64,000 bases of DNA from an uncultured Alphaproteobacteria bacterium. Its GTDB lineage: Bacteria; Pseudomonadota; Alphaproteobacteria; HIMB59; GCA-002718135. The notes beneath the pieces are model-generated. The model saw nothing but the letters and a program-made list of their open reading frames with translations. It searched no databases and had not been told where the DNA came from. Made by a program: the position numbers and the translations under genes. The stretch covers positions 48,782 through 112,781 of the forward strand of contig CACJSL010000001.1 in assembly GCA_902596065.1 (NCBI GenBank), written 5' to 3'. The stretch's first letter is position 1, and every line of letters begins with the position of its first letter. Shown piece after piece: positions 39,372 through 49,241 of this stretch.

Positions 39372-39728
39372 CTAGTATTCTTCTTCGCCTTCTTCTGTTG
39401 GTTTAATACCAACGTCAACAGCTGGATCGACATCTGTTTCATCTTCAAGAAGTACTGTATCATCTTCTACTTGATCTTCAGTATTATCTAAATCCAAATT
39501 CTCTATGTCTAGATCGTCTTCTTTTTCTTTTGGTTTAGGAGGTATTGGGTTTGTTAAAGGTGCAGCATTTGTTGTGCCAGGTTTACGACCTCTTCGTGGA
39601 CGAGACATTGTTGTAACTTCAATTTCTTTTCCACACTCAGGACATTCCAATTCAGTCCTTCCTAAATCGTAGTATTGTTTGCTACACATAGGACAAATTC
39701 TTTTTAAACCCCAGGATTCTTTGTACAT
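39372..39728 (-). CDS. TIGR02300/FYDLN_acid family zinc-ribbon protein with acidic tail
   Basis: KRICPMCSKQYYDLGRTELECPECG, then an acidic C-terminus. The track start at 39794 is a TTG extension that overlaps the upstream small gene; ATG at complement 39726-39728 is preferred. Confidence 0.72.
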   Translation of the reverse strand: MYKESWGLKRICPMCSKQYYDLGRTELECPECGKEIEVTTMSRPRRGRKPGTTNAAPLTNPIPPKPKEKEDDLDIENLDLDNTEDQVEDDTVLLEDETDVDPAVDVGIKPTEEGEEEY

Positions 39729-39729
39729 A

Positions 39730-39891
39730 TTATTCTTGATCTCTCTCGTATATTTTTCCGCAGTAACTACAAACAATTTTATTTGTTGAACCAAATGTAT
39801 AGTAAACTGCGGGATGTCCTAAACCATCTTGTCCCCCATCGCAACAAATAGTTTCAATATCTGCAGGAACTTTTGTCACTTCTTCATCCAT
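39730..39891 (-). CDS. Small zinc-finger protein, zf-CHCC (NDUFS6-like) family, 53 aa
   Basis: Not in the ORF track. My translation: MDEEVTKVPADIETICCDGGQDGLGHPAVYYTFGSTNKIVCSYCGKIYERDQE. The CDGG..LGHP...C.YCG pattern is the zf-CHCC signature. Confidence 0.7.
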   Translation of the reverse strand: MDEEVTKVPADIETICCDGGQDGLGHPAVYYTFGSTNKIVCSYCGKIYERDQE

Positions 39892-39962
39892 ATGAAAATG
39901 CTATAGAAAAAAAAATTAATAATGTCTACGATAATTGTATAGAATGGATAAATCTAAAACTT

Positions 39963-40802
39963 CTATAACTGGAAATAAACAATACTAATTCCCATGACTA
40001 TTAATATGGAAGGGATAATTCTCTTTTTTGCCTCTTTTTCAGCTAAAAATAATAACCCAATAATTGTTGCAATAACTATACTTATTTCTCTAATACTAGA
40101 CACATAGGCAATTTCAATAAACTGCATTCCCCACACAACCAACGCATAACTACTCGTTGCAAAAAATCCAGCTGCAATTCCAGATTTAATGGTATATGAA
40201 TTCCTATCTCTAAGACCTTTTTTTGAAAAAATTGAAATGATTAAAAGAGGTACTCCGTTCAAGGCAAATAACCAGAATATATAAGTAAAACCATTTTCAG
40301 CTTTTCTTACTCCAATACCATCCACTAAAGTATATAGTGTGATTAATACTGCTGTAGATAATGCTAAAAAAAAAGCGGCTCTATTAAATTTTATTTTTGA
40401 TGAAAATGAAATCAAAAATAAACCTAGGCAAACTATTATTATGCCTCCAAAACCGTATGTATTAATAGAGGTTGATAAAAATATAATACTAAAGAGAGCA
40501 ATTAAAAGTGAAGAGCCTCCTCTAGCTATAGGATAAACAAATGATAAATCTCCATATTTATAAGAATAAATAACATTCAATCTATAGAGTACGTGAATGA
40601 TTACTGTTGCTAATAAAAAAAACCAAATTTCTAAAGTAGGAAAAGGAACATAAAAAGTGAGAGGAATAAAAATTATAATTTCCATCAAAGAAGTTATGCC
40701 CATTAAAGATAAAGGATTAGAACTTGATTTTATAATAGCACTCCATGTTGCATGAAATAGAGCTGATAAAAGAATTAATAAGAAAATAAAATTAATTGTC
40801 AA
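39963..40802 (-). CDS. DMT superfamily (EamA) transporter, paralogue of 53597-54472
   Basis: 10-TM profile. Shares YPIARG, YTLVDGIGVRKAENGFTYIFW and IAYVSSIREISI blocks with the other copy. Confidence 0.8.
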   Translation of the reverse strand: MTINFIFLLILLSALFHATWSAIIKSSSNPLSLMGITSLMEIIIFIPLTFYVPFPTLEIWFFLLATVIIHVLYRLNVIYSYKYGDLSFVYPIARGGSSLLIALFSIIFLSTSINTYGFGGIIIVCLGLFLISFSSKIKFNRAAFFLALSTAVLITLYTLVDGIGVRKAENGFTYIFWLFALNGVPLLIISIFSKKGLRDRNSYTIKSGIAAGFFATSSYALVVWGMQFIEIAYVSSIREISIVIATIIGLLFLAEKEAKKRIIPSILIVMGISIVYFQL

Positions 40803-40830
40803 AATGTTGCTTTCATCAATTAAGTATTTA

Positions 40831-41724
40831 TTACTTCATTCCAGTCAGAGTAATTCCTTCGATAAATCTTTTTTGTGCTATTATGAAAGCAACAATTAAG
40901 GGAACCGTGACAGTAACAATTGATGCCATCATTGGTCCAAATTCATCACTATCTATTCCTCCTCTAAATTCTCTAATTCCAAGAGGGGGAGTAAATAGAT
41001 CTCTATTTCCAGTTATAACCATTCTTGGCCAGAAATAATCATTCCAGTGTGCTACAACTGAGAATATTGCAAATGCAAGTAAAGCAGGTATTGCAGTTGG
41101 TAGCATGACTTTCCACACAATAGAATATTCTCCCATTCCATCCATTCTGGCGGCATCAATTAATTCATCTGGAACTGTCATAAAAAATTGTCGCATAAGA
41201 AAAATTCCAAATACAGATATTGTCCAGGGGAGTATTAAGGCGGAATAGGTATCAACTAGCCCGGCCTGGGCCAGCATTACATAAAGAGGAAGTGCAATGC
41301 CGTGCACTGGTATTAGAAGACAAAACAATACCATTGAAAATACAAATTCCCGTCCATAAAACCGGAGTTTTGCAAGCGCATAAGCACAAGGTAAGGCAAC
41401 AAGAACTTGAATTATAAAAATTGATAAAGTTACTATAACTCCATTCATTAAGTATCTAGGAATTGGAGCTTTCTCAAAAGCAAACCAGTAATTATAAATA
41501 TAAGGTTTTGTCGTACATGTTTCTTCGGAATAACCCGTTTTTACACAAACCGGAAATGTTTGAACTTCTTGTGCACCAATTAGCCCACCAGAAATCGATT
41601 GAATTTCTTGTTGAGATTTTAGTGACATTGAAACCATCATATAAAATGGCAGTAAAACAAGGATTGCACCAATTATTAAAATGCCGTGTTTCCAACTCTC
41701 ACCTATATACTGTTTAGCTTGCAT
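40831..41724 (-). CDS. CUT1-type ABC transporter permease (UgpE-like)
   Basis: EAA loop DELIDAARMDGMGEYSIVWKVMLP. Confidence 0.85.
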   Translation of the reverse strand: MQAKQYIGESWKHGILIIGAILVLLPFYMMVSMSLKSQQEIQSISGGLIGAQEVQTFPVCVKTGYSEETCTTKPYIYNYWFAFEKAPIPRYLMNGVIVTLSIFIIQVLVALPCAYALAKLRFYGREFVFSMVLFCLLIPVHGIALPLYVMLAQAGLVDTYSALILPWTISVFGIFLMRQFFMTVPDELIDAARMDGMGEYSIVWKVMLPTAIPALLAFAIFSVVAHWNDYFWPRMVITGNRDLFTPPLGIREFRGGIDSDEFGPMMASIVTVTVPLIVAFIIAQKRFIEGITLTGMK

Positions 41725-42680
41725 TAATAGTGAACCCTCTTCTCAATGATATACCTCTGAAAAAAAGTTAATATCAATATAAAGCCAATAAAAACAACAG
41801 TAATAGCTGCTCCAATACTCGTTAAGTTTTGTTGGATAGCTTTTTCAAAAATTGCATACATCATAACGTAGGTAGTTTTAGAGGGGCCGCCTTTAGTAAG
41901 TATTTCAATTGTATCAAAAACTTGAAATGTTCTGATTGTTGTAATTGTTACTACAAACAAAGTTGTGGGTCCAAGCATTGGCCAAGTTACAAGTTTAAAT
42001 TGCTCCCATGTTGATTTAGCGCCATCCATTTCTGCTGCTTGATATAGTTCACGAGGTATCCCTGTTAGGCCTGCTAAATACAAAACCATATTAAAACCAA
42101 ATGCTTGCCAAATTCCTATAAAACATATCGTCCAAATTGCTGTATTTTTTTGCTTTAGCCAATAAGGAAAATCCATATTATTTGCACATGCTACATGATA
42201 CCAGCTTTGTTGTGAATCTACCCATGGTAACCAATGAAAACCAAAAATAAACTCTCTTGCGCCTCCACAACCATTAGCTAAAAAACTATTCACTATACCG
42301 AGTGTTGGATGAAGAGTGAATTCCCATGCAATAGCCATAGCAAGAAGGGTCGCCATAACAGGAAGAAAGAAAATTGTTTTATAAATATCAGCTCCAAATC
42401 TAAGTGAATTTAAGAGCATTGCTGCACACAAACCAAGTACAACTGAAATAGGTACAACAACTATTACATAGGTTGCTGTGGCCCAAATCATTTTCACATA
42501 TGTTTTTCTTGAAAACATTTTTTCATAATTTTCAAGCCCTATCCATTCAAGAGATTTATTACCTAAATTATAATCAGTAAAAGAAATTCCCCCAGCAAGA
42601 AACAATGGAAAAATTAATATAATAATCATTAGTATTATTGCAGGTGCAATAAACCAAATATGTGCTTTGGAATTATGCAT
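41724..42680 (-). CDS. CUT1-type ABC transporter permease (UgpA-like)
   Basis: EAA loop ELYQAAEMDGAKSTWEQFKLVTWP. Confidence 0.85.
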   Translation of the reverse strand: MHNSKAHIWFIAPAIILMIIILIFPLFLAGGISFTDYNLGNKSLEWIGLENYEKMFSRKTYVKMIWATATYVIVVVPISVVLGLCAAMLLNSLRFGADIYKTIFFLPVMATLLAMAIAWEFTLHPTLGIVNSFLANGCGGAREFIFGFHWLPWVDSQQSWYHVACANNMDFPYWLKQKNTAIWTICFIGIWQAFGFNMVLYLAGLTGIPRELYQAAEMDGAKSTWEQFKLVTWPMLGPTTLFVVTITTIRTFQVFDTIEILTKGGPSKTTYVMMYAIFEKAIQQNLTSIGAAITVVFIGFILILTFFQRYIIEKRVHY

Positions 42681-43806
42681 TATTAAATTGAACCCTTTTA
42701 CCTTCTTGGTTAAACAATAGTGCTTTATTAGGAGCTCTTTTAATGTTTACTGTTGAACCATTAGAAATTTCATGTGTTAATTGAGGTATGCCTCTAACAA
42801 TAATTCTATTCATCCCATCTTCCGTATTTACATGAAAAAAAATATCTGATCCTAAATTTTCTCTGTAAGAAACTTTTGCACTAAAAGTATCTTCATCACT
42901 TTGATTGGAAATTTCTAAATGTTCAGGTCTAATACCAATATTTAACTCTAGATTTGTTTCTGAACTTTTTCTTTTTAAGTTTAGATTTAGTAAGTTTACA
43001 GTTCCGCTTGAATCTGATGAACCTTTAAAAATATTAATTTTAGGACTTCCAACGAATTGAGCCACACTTAGTGAGGAAGGATTATCATATACTTCTTGAG
43101 GAGTATCAAGTTGTAATAAATTTCCATCAATCATAACAGCCATACGAGAAGACATCGTTAATGCCTCCGCCTGATCATGAGTAACGTATACAAAAGTAGT
43201 TTTAAGTGAACTATGAAGTTCAGATAATTCGGAGCGCATATGAACTCTAAGCGCTGCATCTAAATTTGATAACGGTTCATCCATCAAAAAAGCAACAGGC
43301 TCTCTTACCATTGCCCTACCAAGAGCCACTCTTTGTCTTTGACCACCAGATAGTTGACCTGGTTTTCTATCAAGTAGTTCAGAGATTTTAAGTGTTTCAG
43401 AAGTTTTACTAACCAATTGATTTATAGATTCTGTTTTTTGTTTTTTATTCGGAGATAAATTTCCAATTAAAGGCAATCTTTCAAATGAATTGTAATCTCT
43501 AAGCCTTAAAGGAGTTTCTAAATTTCTTCTTACTGAAAGATGAGGATAGAGAGCGTAAGACTGAAACACCATTGCCAAGTCTCTTTCACTAGCTCTAATT
43601 TTATTTACGTTTTTATTATCAATTAAAACATCACCAGAAGTTTGTTGTTCAAGACCGGCTATAATTCGAAGTAAGGTAGATTTGCCACAACCAGATGGGC
43701 CAACTAATGTTAAAAATTCACCGTCTTTTATATCTACACTTAAATCTTTTAATACCTCTGTGGATCCAAATGATTTTGAAATATTTTTAAGTGATATTGT
43801 GCCCAC
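42673..43806 (-). CDS. ABC transporter ATP-binding protein (UgpC/MalK-like)
   Basis: GPSGCGKST, LSGGQRQRVALGRA, FLMDEP, C-terminal regulatory/TOBE domain. Confidence 0.9.
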   Translation of the reverse strand: MGTISLKNISKSFGSTEVLKDLSVDIKDGEFLTLVGPSGCGKSTLLRIIAGLEQQTSGDVLIDNKNVNKIRASERDLAMVFQSYALYPHLSVRRNLETPLRLRDYNSFERLPLIGNLSPNKKQKTESINQLVSKTSETLKISELLDRKPGQLSGGQRQRVALGRAMVREPVAFLMDEPLSNLDAALRVHMRSELSELHSSLKTTFVYVTHDQAEALTMSSRMAVMIDGNLLQLDTPQEVYDNPSSLSVAQFVGSPKINIFKGSSDSSGTVNLLNLNLKRKSSETNLELNIGIRPEHLEISNQSDEDTFSAKVSYRENLGSDIFFHVNTEDGMNRIIVRGIPQLTHEISNGSTVNIKRAPNKALLFNQEGKRVQFNNA

Positions 43807-43969
43807 AGAACCTCTCTTTTTTTTAATATATACTTTTTATAAAATTTTATGATTTTTTAAATGCATTTATTTCATTTTTATCTAAATTTTATGGACAAAT
43901 ATTCAAATTACTATTGAGTTTAAATAACATATAACTATAAATTCAATTTTTTAACTATATATAATCATT

Positions 43970-45211
43970 GTGACTGAAAATTTATTAATTAACAATAGAG
44001 AATATCCAAGTATATTTTCAAAGACAGCTATAGTTATTTGTCTTGATGGAAGCCAAAAAGAATATCTTGAAGAGGCATCAAAATCAAATCTGACACCTAA
44101 TCTTGACTCATTAATTGCAAGTGGTCAAAATTTATTAGTTCACAGTGCTATACCTAGCTTCACAAATCCAAATAATATTTCAATTGTGACAGGGCAGCCT
44201 AGTTCTGTTCACGGAATATGTGGTAACTTTTTTTACACTCCTGAAACGGGTGAAGAAGTAATGATGAATGATCCAAAATATATGCGTGCTCCAACAATTT
44301 TTGAAAAATTTTATAATTCTGGCTCAAAAATCGCTCTTGTTACTGCAAAAGATAAACTTAGAACCCTTTTGGGAAATGGTTTAAGTTTTGATAATAATCG
44401 AGCAATATGTTTTTCTGCAGAAAAATCTGATCAGGCAACAAAAGAACTTAATGGTATAGAAAATGTTAATGACTGGTTAGGTATGCCGGTGCCAGAAGTG
44501 TACTCCGAAGGTCTTTCTGAGTTTGTCATGGCCGCTGGAGTAAAACTACTAAAGGAATTTAAACCAGACATTATGTATTTATCTACGACTGACTATATTC
44601 AACACAAGTATGCACCTGGAAATGAAATAGCAAATAAGTTCTATGCAATGTTTGATAAATATATTGGCCTTTTAAATAAAGAAGACGTATCAATGATAGT
44701 AACAGCTGATCATGGAATGAAATCTAAATCAAAAGAAGACGGTTCACCTAACGCGATATTTTTACAAGATTATCTTGATAAAAAATTTGAACCGAACTTA
44801 ACAAAAGTCATCTTACCAATCACAGATCCGTATGTAGTTCATCATGGATCATTAGGTTCATTTGCTACAATTTATCTTGAAGATAAAACTAAAGTCAACG
44901 ATGTTATTGAATCAATTAAAGCAATTAAAGATATAGAAGTAGTCTTAACTAAAGACGAAGGTTGCTCAACATATAATCTTCCTCCAGATAGAATGGGAGA
45001 TATAATATGCATGTCTTCTGAATTTATGACAATTGGATCCTCTTTAGATAAACATAATCTTTCTGGATTAAATGAGCCTTTGCGTTCCCATGGTGGTTTA
45101 CATGAGCGAGAAGTACCTTTTATTTCAAATTTAAAAATACAAAATTTAAATAATGAAAAACAGTTATATAATTATGATGCATTCTATTATGCAATCAATG
45201 GAGCTTTATGA
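43970..45211 (+). CDS. phnA: Phosphonoacetate hydrolase (alkaline phosphatase superfamily)
   Basis: [35 protein letters not shown] (Thr nucleophile region), [44 protein letters not shown]. These closely match what I recall of Pseudomonas fluorescens PhnA. GTG start. Confidence 0.9.
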   Translation: MTENLLINNREYPSIFSKTAIVICLDGSQKEYLEEASKSNLTPNLDSLIASGQNLLVHSAIPSFTNPNNISIVTGQPSSVHGICGNFFYTPETGEEVMMNDPKYMRAPTIFEKFYNSGSKIALVTAKDKLRTLLGNGLSFDNNRAICFSAEKSDQATKELNGIENVNDWLGMPVPEVYSEGLSEFVMAAGVKLLKEFKPDIMYLSTTDYIQHKYAPGNEIANKFYAMFDKYIGLLNKEDVSMIVTADHGMKSKSKEDGSPNAIFLQDYLDKKFEPNLTKVILPITDPYVVHHGSLGSFATIYLEDKTKVNDVIESIKAIKDIEVVLTKDEGCSTYNLPPDRMGDIICMSSEFMTIGSSLDKHNLSGLNEPLRSHGGLHEREVPFISNLKIQNLNNEKQLYNYDAFYYAINGAL

Positions 45212-46650
45212 TGGAAAAGAAAATTATTAATGAAGCTATGCGCATTGCTGGCAAAAAAGTAAATTTTGAAAAAACAATTGATGTTGAATATCCATTTACA
45301 GGAGAAGTAATTGGTACAGTTCCTGCAGGAAATGCTGAGCATGCAAAACAAGCTCTTGAAATTGCTGCAAACTATCAACCTAAGTTGACACGATATGAAA
45401 GACAAAAAATACTTCAAACCGCAGCTGAGGTACTTGTAAAAAGAAAAGAAGAGATTTCTGACATCATTACCTTAGAACTTGGAATTTCAAAACAAGACTC
45501 ATTGTATGAAGTAGGCAGAGCATTTGATGTTTTTTCTTTAACCGCACAACTTTGTATTCATGATGACGGAGAAATTTTTTCTTGTGATTTAACTCCACAC
45601 GGAAAAGCGAGAAAAATATTTACAATAAGAGAACCATTAACAGCAATTTCGGCAATTACACCATTTAATCACCCTTTAAATATGGTGGCACATAAAATTG
45701 CACCTTCAATTGCAACGAATAATTGTACTGTTTGTAAGCAGACTGAGTTAACTCCATTAACAGCAATGGTTCTTGCTGATGTTTTGTATGAAGCTGGTTT
45801 GCCGCCAGAAATGTTTTCTGTTGTTACAGGATGGCCGCAAGATATCGGCTCTGAAATGATAAAGAATCCAAATATTGATCTTATTACTTTTACTGGAAGT
45901 GTTGGTGTTGGAAAACTAATTGCTGAACAAGCAGGATACAAAAGAACTGTCCTTGAACTTGGTGGAAATGATCCTTTAATAGTTTTAAATGATTTAGATC
46001 CAGATGATTTAAAGAAAGCAGTTGAATTAGCAGTTACTGGAGCAACAAAAAATTCAGGACAACGATGTACAGCTGTTAAAAGAATACTTTTGCAAGAAAA
46101 AATTGCTGATCAGTTTGTTGAAATGGCTTTGGAAAGAGCAAAAAAAATTAAATTTGGTGATCCAATGAGTATGGAAACTGACTTAGGCACTGTTGTTAAT
46201 GCTCAAGCAGCGGAATTATTTGATAAAAGAGTTTCAATGGCAGAGGCAGATGGTGCAAAAATCTTATATCACCCTGGAAGAAAAGGTGCGTTATTGCCTC
46301 CTATAGTAATTGATAATGTTGATCCAAAAAGTGAACTTGTTCTTGAAGAAACATTTGGCCCAGTTATCCCTATTATTAGGGTTCCCAATGATGATGAATC
46401 GGTAATCAAGATTTCAAACTCAACTGCTTTTGGATTATCTTCAGGTGTATGCACCAATAATTTTATGAGAGCTAAAAAATATATTCAAGGTCTTAATGTT
46501 GGAACTGTAAATATCTGGGAAGTACCTGGTTACAGAATTGAAATGTCCCCTTTTGGAGGAATTAAAGATTCTGGCTTAGGCTACAAAGAAGGCGTAATAG
46601 AAGCGATGAAGAGCTTTACTAATGTAAAAACATTCTCACTTCCTTGGTAG
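45208..46650 (+). CDS. phnY: Phosphonoacetaldehyde dehydrogenase (ALDH superfamily)
   Basis: ELGGNDP catalytic Glu, GQRCTAVKR catalytic Cys; ATGA overlap with phnA. Confidence 0.8.
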   Translation: MMEKKIINEAMRIAGKKVNFEKTIDVEYPFTGEVIGTVPAGNAEHAKQALEIAANYQPKLTRYERQKILQTAAEVLVKRKEEISDIITLELGISKQDSLYEVGRAFDVFSLTAQLCIHDDGEIFSCDLTPHGKARKIFTIREPLTAISAITPFNHPLNMVAHKIAPSIATNNCTVCKQTELTPLTAMVLADVLYEAGLPPEMFSVVTGWPQDIGSEMIKNPNIDLITFTGSVGVGKLIAEQAGYKRTVLELGGNDPLIVLNDLDPDDLKKAVELAVTGATKNSGQRCTAVKRILLQEKIADQFVEMALERAKKIKFGDPMSMETDLGTVVNAQAAELFDKRVSMAEADGAKILYHPGRKGALLPPIVIDNVDPKSELVLEETFGPVIPIIRVPNDDESVIKISNSTAFGLSSGVCTNNFMRAKKYIQGLNVGTVNIWEVPGYRIEMSPFGGIKDSGLGYKEGVIEAMKSFTNVKTFSLPW

Positions 46651-46819
46651 TTTCCTAGAAAAGAAGAGTATTTACTATTAAATAATAATAAATACATATA
46701 AAAAATATAATCAAATTTTACTTTCAAAATGACTTTACTGTTTGTATCCTTTTTAAGACTATTATATCATTAATTAGTTAAACGAAGTTTTAAGGTTTAA
46801 TTATACAGTGGAGGATTAA

Positions 46820-48073
46820 ATGAGAAAATTAATTACAGGATTAGCAGCCGTATTAGCTTTTGGTTTCTATGGTTCTGTTAATTCAGCGAAGTCTATAGAA
46901 ATAGAAGTAGCTTATCCTTATTCAGGTTTATTTGATGTTACCTATCAAGCTATTATGCCTGAGTTTGAAAAAGCTCATCCAGATATTCAAGTAAAATTTA
47001 GAGCAACTTATGAAAACTATGAAGATGCTACTGCTACAATTTTAAGAGAAGCAACTTCTGGTAATCTACCAGATGTTACAATGCAGGGTCTTAACAGACA
47101 AGCTCCTCTAGTAGACAAAGGTATTGCAAAATCTTTAGAGCCATTTATTGCAAAAGAAGCTGATTTTGAAAAAGATGGTTATCATGCTGCAATGTTAAGT
47201 CTTTCAACATTTGGAGGAGAGGTTTATGGTTTGCCATTCTCTGTATCAACTCCTGTTGGATATTATAACATGGATTTATTAGCTGAAGCTGGCATAGACA
47301 GCATCCCAACTAACTGGGATGAAGTTATTGATGCTTGTGGAAAATTAGAGGCAGCTGGAAAAGGTACTTTATATTTTGGTTGGAACATTACAGGTAACTG
47401 GTTCCACCAAGCATTAATGCATACTCAAAATGTAAAAATTGTTGAAGATGGAAAAGTAAACTTAGGTGGAGACGCTGGTTTAGCAACATTACAACAAATG
47501 CACGATATTATGAGTGGATGTAACATGCCTAACTATTCAATTGCTGATGGTCAAGCTGCATTTAATGCAGGCACGATCGGTATGATGTTCTGGTCAACTT
47601 CAAGCTTAGGTTCAGTAAATGCTGCAAAAGCAGATTTCGTACTTAAGACAGCTCCATTCCCTGGAATGGCAGGTGTTAATAATGGAACCCCAGCAAGATT
47701 ACCAGCAGGTGGAAATGCAGCAATGTTAACTTCTACTTCTGATGATCCAGCAAGAGTAGACGCAGCATGGACATTCTTGAAGTTCATTACTTCTGGTATT
47801 GGAGCAGCATTAGTTGCTGAGACTACTGGTTATGTTCCACCAAACAAAGCAGCTAACGATTTATTAGGTGATTTCTATAGTGCAAATCCAAATAAACTTA
47901 CTGCGGTAGAACAGCTTCCACTCTTAGCAGACTGGTTTGCATATCCTGGTGAAAACGGACTAGCAATCACTCAAGTAATTTATGATTACACTGAAGAAAT
48001 TGCCACAGGAAGTGCTGATGATATGGCAGATCTTCAAGAAGAAATGATGGAAGAAATCAACGATCTTTTATAA
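46820..48073 (+). CDS. ABC transporter substrate-binding protein, family 1 (UgpB-like)
   Basis: Signal peptide, family 1 SBP architecture, strong SD GGAGGA. Likely partner of the permeases at 40831-43806. Confidence 0.85.
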   Translation: MRKLITGLAAVLAFGFYGSVNSAKSIEIEVAYPYSGLFDVTYQAIMPEFEKAHPDIQVKFRATYENYEDATATILREATSGNLPDVTMQGLNRQAPLVDKGIAKSLEPFIAKEADFEKDGYHAAMLSLSTFGGEVYGLPFSVSTPVGYYNMDLLAEAGIDSIPTNWDEVIDACGKLEAAGKGTLYFGWNITGNWFHQALMHTQNVKIVEDGKVNLGGDAGLATLQQMHDIMSGCNMPNYSIADGQAAFNAGTIGMMFWSTSSLGSVNAAKADFVLKTAPFPGMAGVNNGTPARLPAGGNAAMLTSTSDDPARVDAAWTFLKFITSGIGAALVAETTGYVPPNKAANDLLGDFYSANPNKLTAVEQLPLLADWFAYPGENGLAITQVIYDYTEEIATGSADDMADLQEEMMEEINDLL

Positions 48074-48103
48074 TAAAGAATACTTTATTATTAACTTTTT
48101 ATT

Positions 48104-48135
48104 ACAGCGGCTTTATAAAAGCCGCTGTTTTATTT
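48104..48135 (+). terminator. Rho-independent terminator
   Basis: ACAGCGGCTTT-ATA-AAAGCCGCTGT 11-bp stem followed by TTTATTT. Confidence 0.8.
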
Positions 48136-48157
48136 CAAATAAAAGGGAGAATAAATA

Positions 48158-49237
48158 ATGCCTCTAACTACAACTACAATAGGTGCTTATCCAAAACCTA
48201 AACAAACTCCAATTCAAGATTGGTTTTTAGGCACTAAATCTGAAGAAGAAAGAAAAGCTTCAAAAGGATTATTATCAAACTGGTCACCCGGTGCATATGA
48301 AAAAGCATTAGAGTCTGCTGGAGAAGAAGCGGAGAAATTATTTTTAGAAGCAATTAAAGAAGTTATTACTGATCAAGTAAATTCAGGCATTGATGTTCCA
48401 ACTGATGGAGAAGTACGAAGAGAAAGTTATGTTTTATATCAATGTCGTTTTTTAAATGGTGTAAGCTTTAAGGAAGTAACACATAGGTCAGTTAGACAAG
48501 GCGCGTTTGAAGCAGATCTTCCAACAATAGTAGCGCCTATTTCAAGTAAAGAAATTCGCTTGCATTTAGATTGGAAAAGCGCGCAACAATTTACAAAAAA
48601 TCCTGTAAAAATTACTCTACCAGGACCTATGACAATTACAGATTCAATTGCTAATAACTATTATGATGACATGAAAAAACTAGGTTTTGATCTAGCACTT
48701 GCTTTAAACAAAGAAGTGAAAGCGCTTGTAGATGCTGGGTGTAAATACATTCAAATTGATGAACCTGTATTTGCAAGAAAACCTGAAGAAGCAAATTCTT
48801 ATGGTATGGAAAATTTAGAAAGAATGATGCACGGGATTCCAAAAGAGGTACAAAGAGTGTGCCATATTTGTTGCGGCTATCCAAACTCTCTTGACTCCGA
48901 GGGTTACAAAAAAGCAGACTTAGATGCTTATGATAGGATTGCTACTTTAGTAGATGATTCTACGATTGATGAAGTGTCATTAGAAGACTCACATAGACAC
49001 AATGATTTAAATCTTTTAGAAAAATTTACTAAAACAAAAGTTATTTTTGGATTTATTGATATTGCCAAAAGCAGAATGGAGTCAGTAGAAGAAGTAAGAA
49101 GTCGTATGAAAGACTCTTTAGAACATATTGACGAACATAGATTGATAGCTGCTCCAGATTGTGGTTTAGGTTTCTTTACAAGAGAACAAGCTATTGAAAA
49201 AATGTCAATATTATCTAAGGCTGCAAAATCAATTTAG
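48158..49237 (+). CDS. Single-domain cobalamin-independent methionine synthase (MetE C-terminal)-like Zn enzyme
   Basis: TDGEVRRE, IQIDEP, H236-I-C238, E276 (SLEDSHR), C335 (APDCGLGF); SD AGGGAGA. Confidence 0.8.
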   Translation: MPLTTTTIGAYPKPKQTPIQDWFLGTKSEEERKASKGLLSNWSPGAYEKALESAGEEAEKLFLEAIKEVITDQVNSGIDVPTDGEVRRESYVLYQCRFLNGVSFKEVTHRSVRQGAFEADLPTIVAPISSKEIRLHLDWKSAQQFTKNPVKITLPGPMTITDSIANNYYDDMKKLGFDLALALNKEVKALVDAGCKYIQIDEPVFARKPEEANSYGMENLERMMHGIPKEVQRVCHICCGYPNSLDSEGYKKADLDAYDRIATLVDDSTIDEVSLEDSHRHNDLNLLEKFTKTKVIFGFIDIAKSRMESVEEVRSRMKDSLEHIDEHRLIAAPDCGLGFFTREQAIEKMSILSKAAKSI

Positions 49238-49241
49238 TAGA

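Noticed and set aside
43858-43869. AT-rich palindromes in island promoters: TAAATGCATTTA at 43858-43869 and TTGTTAACAA at 55612-55621
   Set aside because: They are only 10-12 bp, they differ from each other, and they are common by chance in AT-rich spacers. I could not find a shared Pho-box-like (CTGTCAT direct repeat) motif by eye.
46820-48073. Binding-protein genes (also 24822-26198 and 54494-55537) look less AT-rich, with Ala/Gly-rich products compared with their neighbours; possible horizontal transfer
   Set aside because: The pattern fits highly expressed periplasmic proteins with different amino-acid and codon constraints. No mobility genes, tRNA targets or direct repeats flank them.
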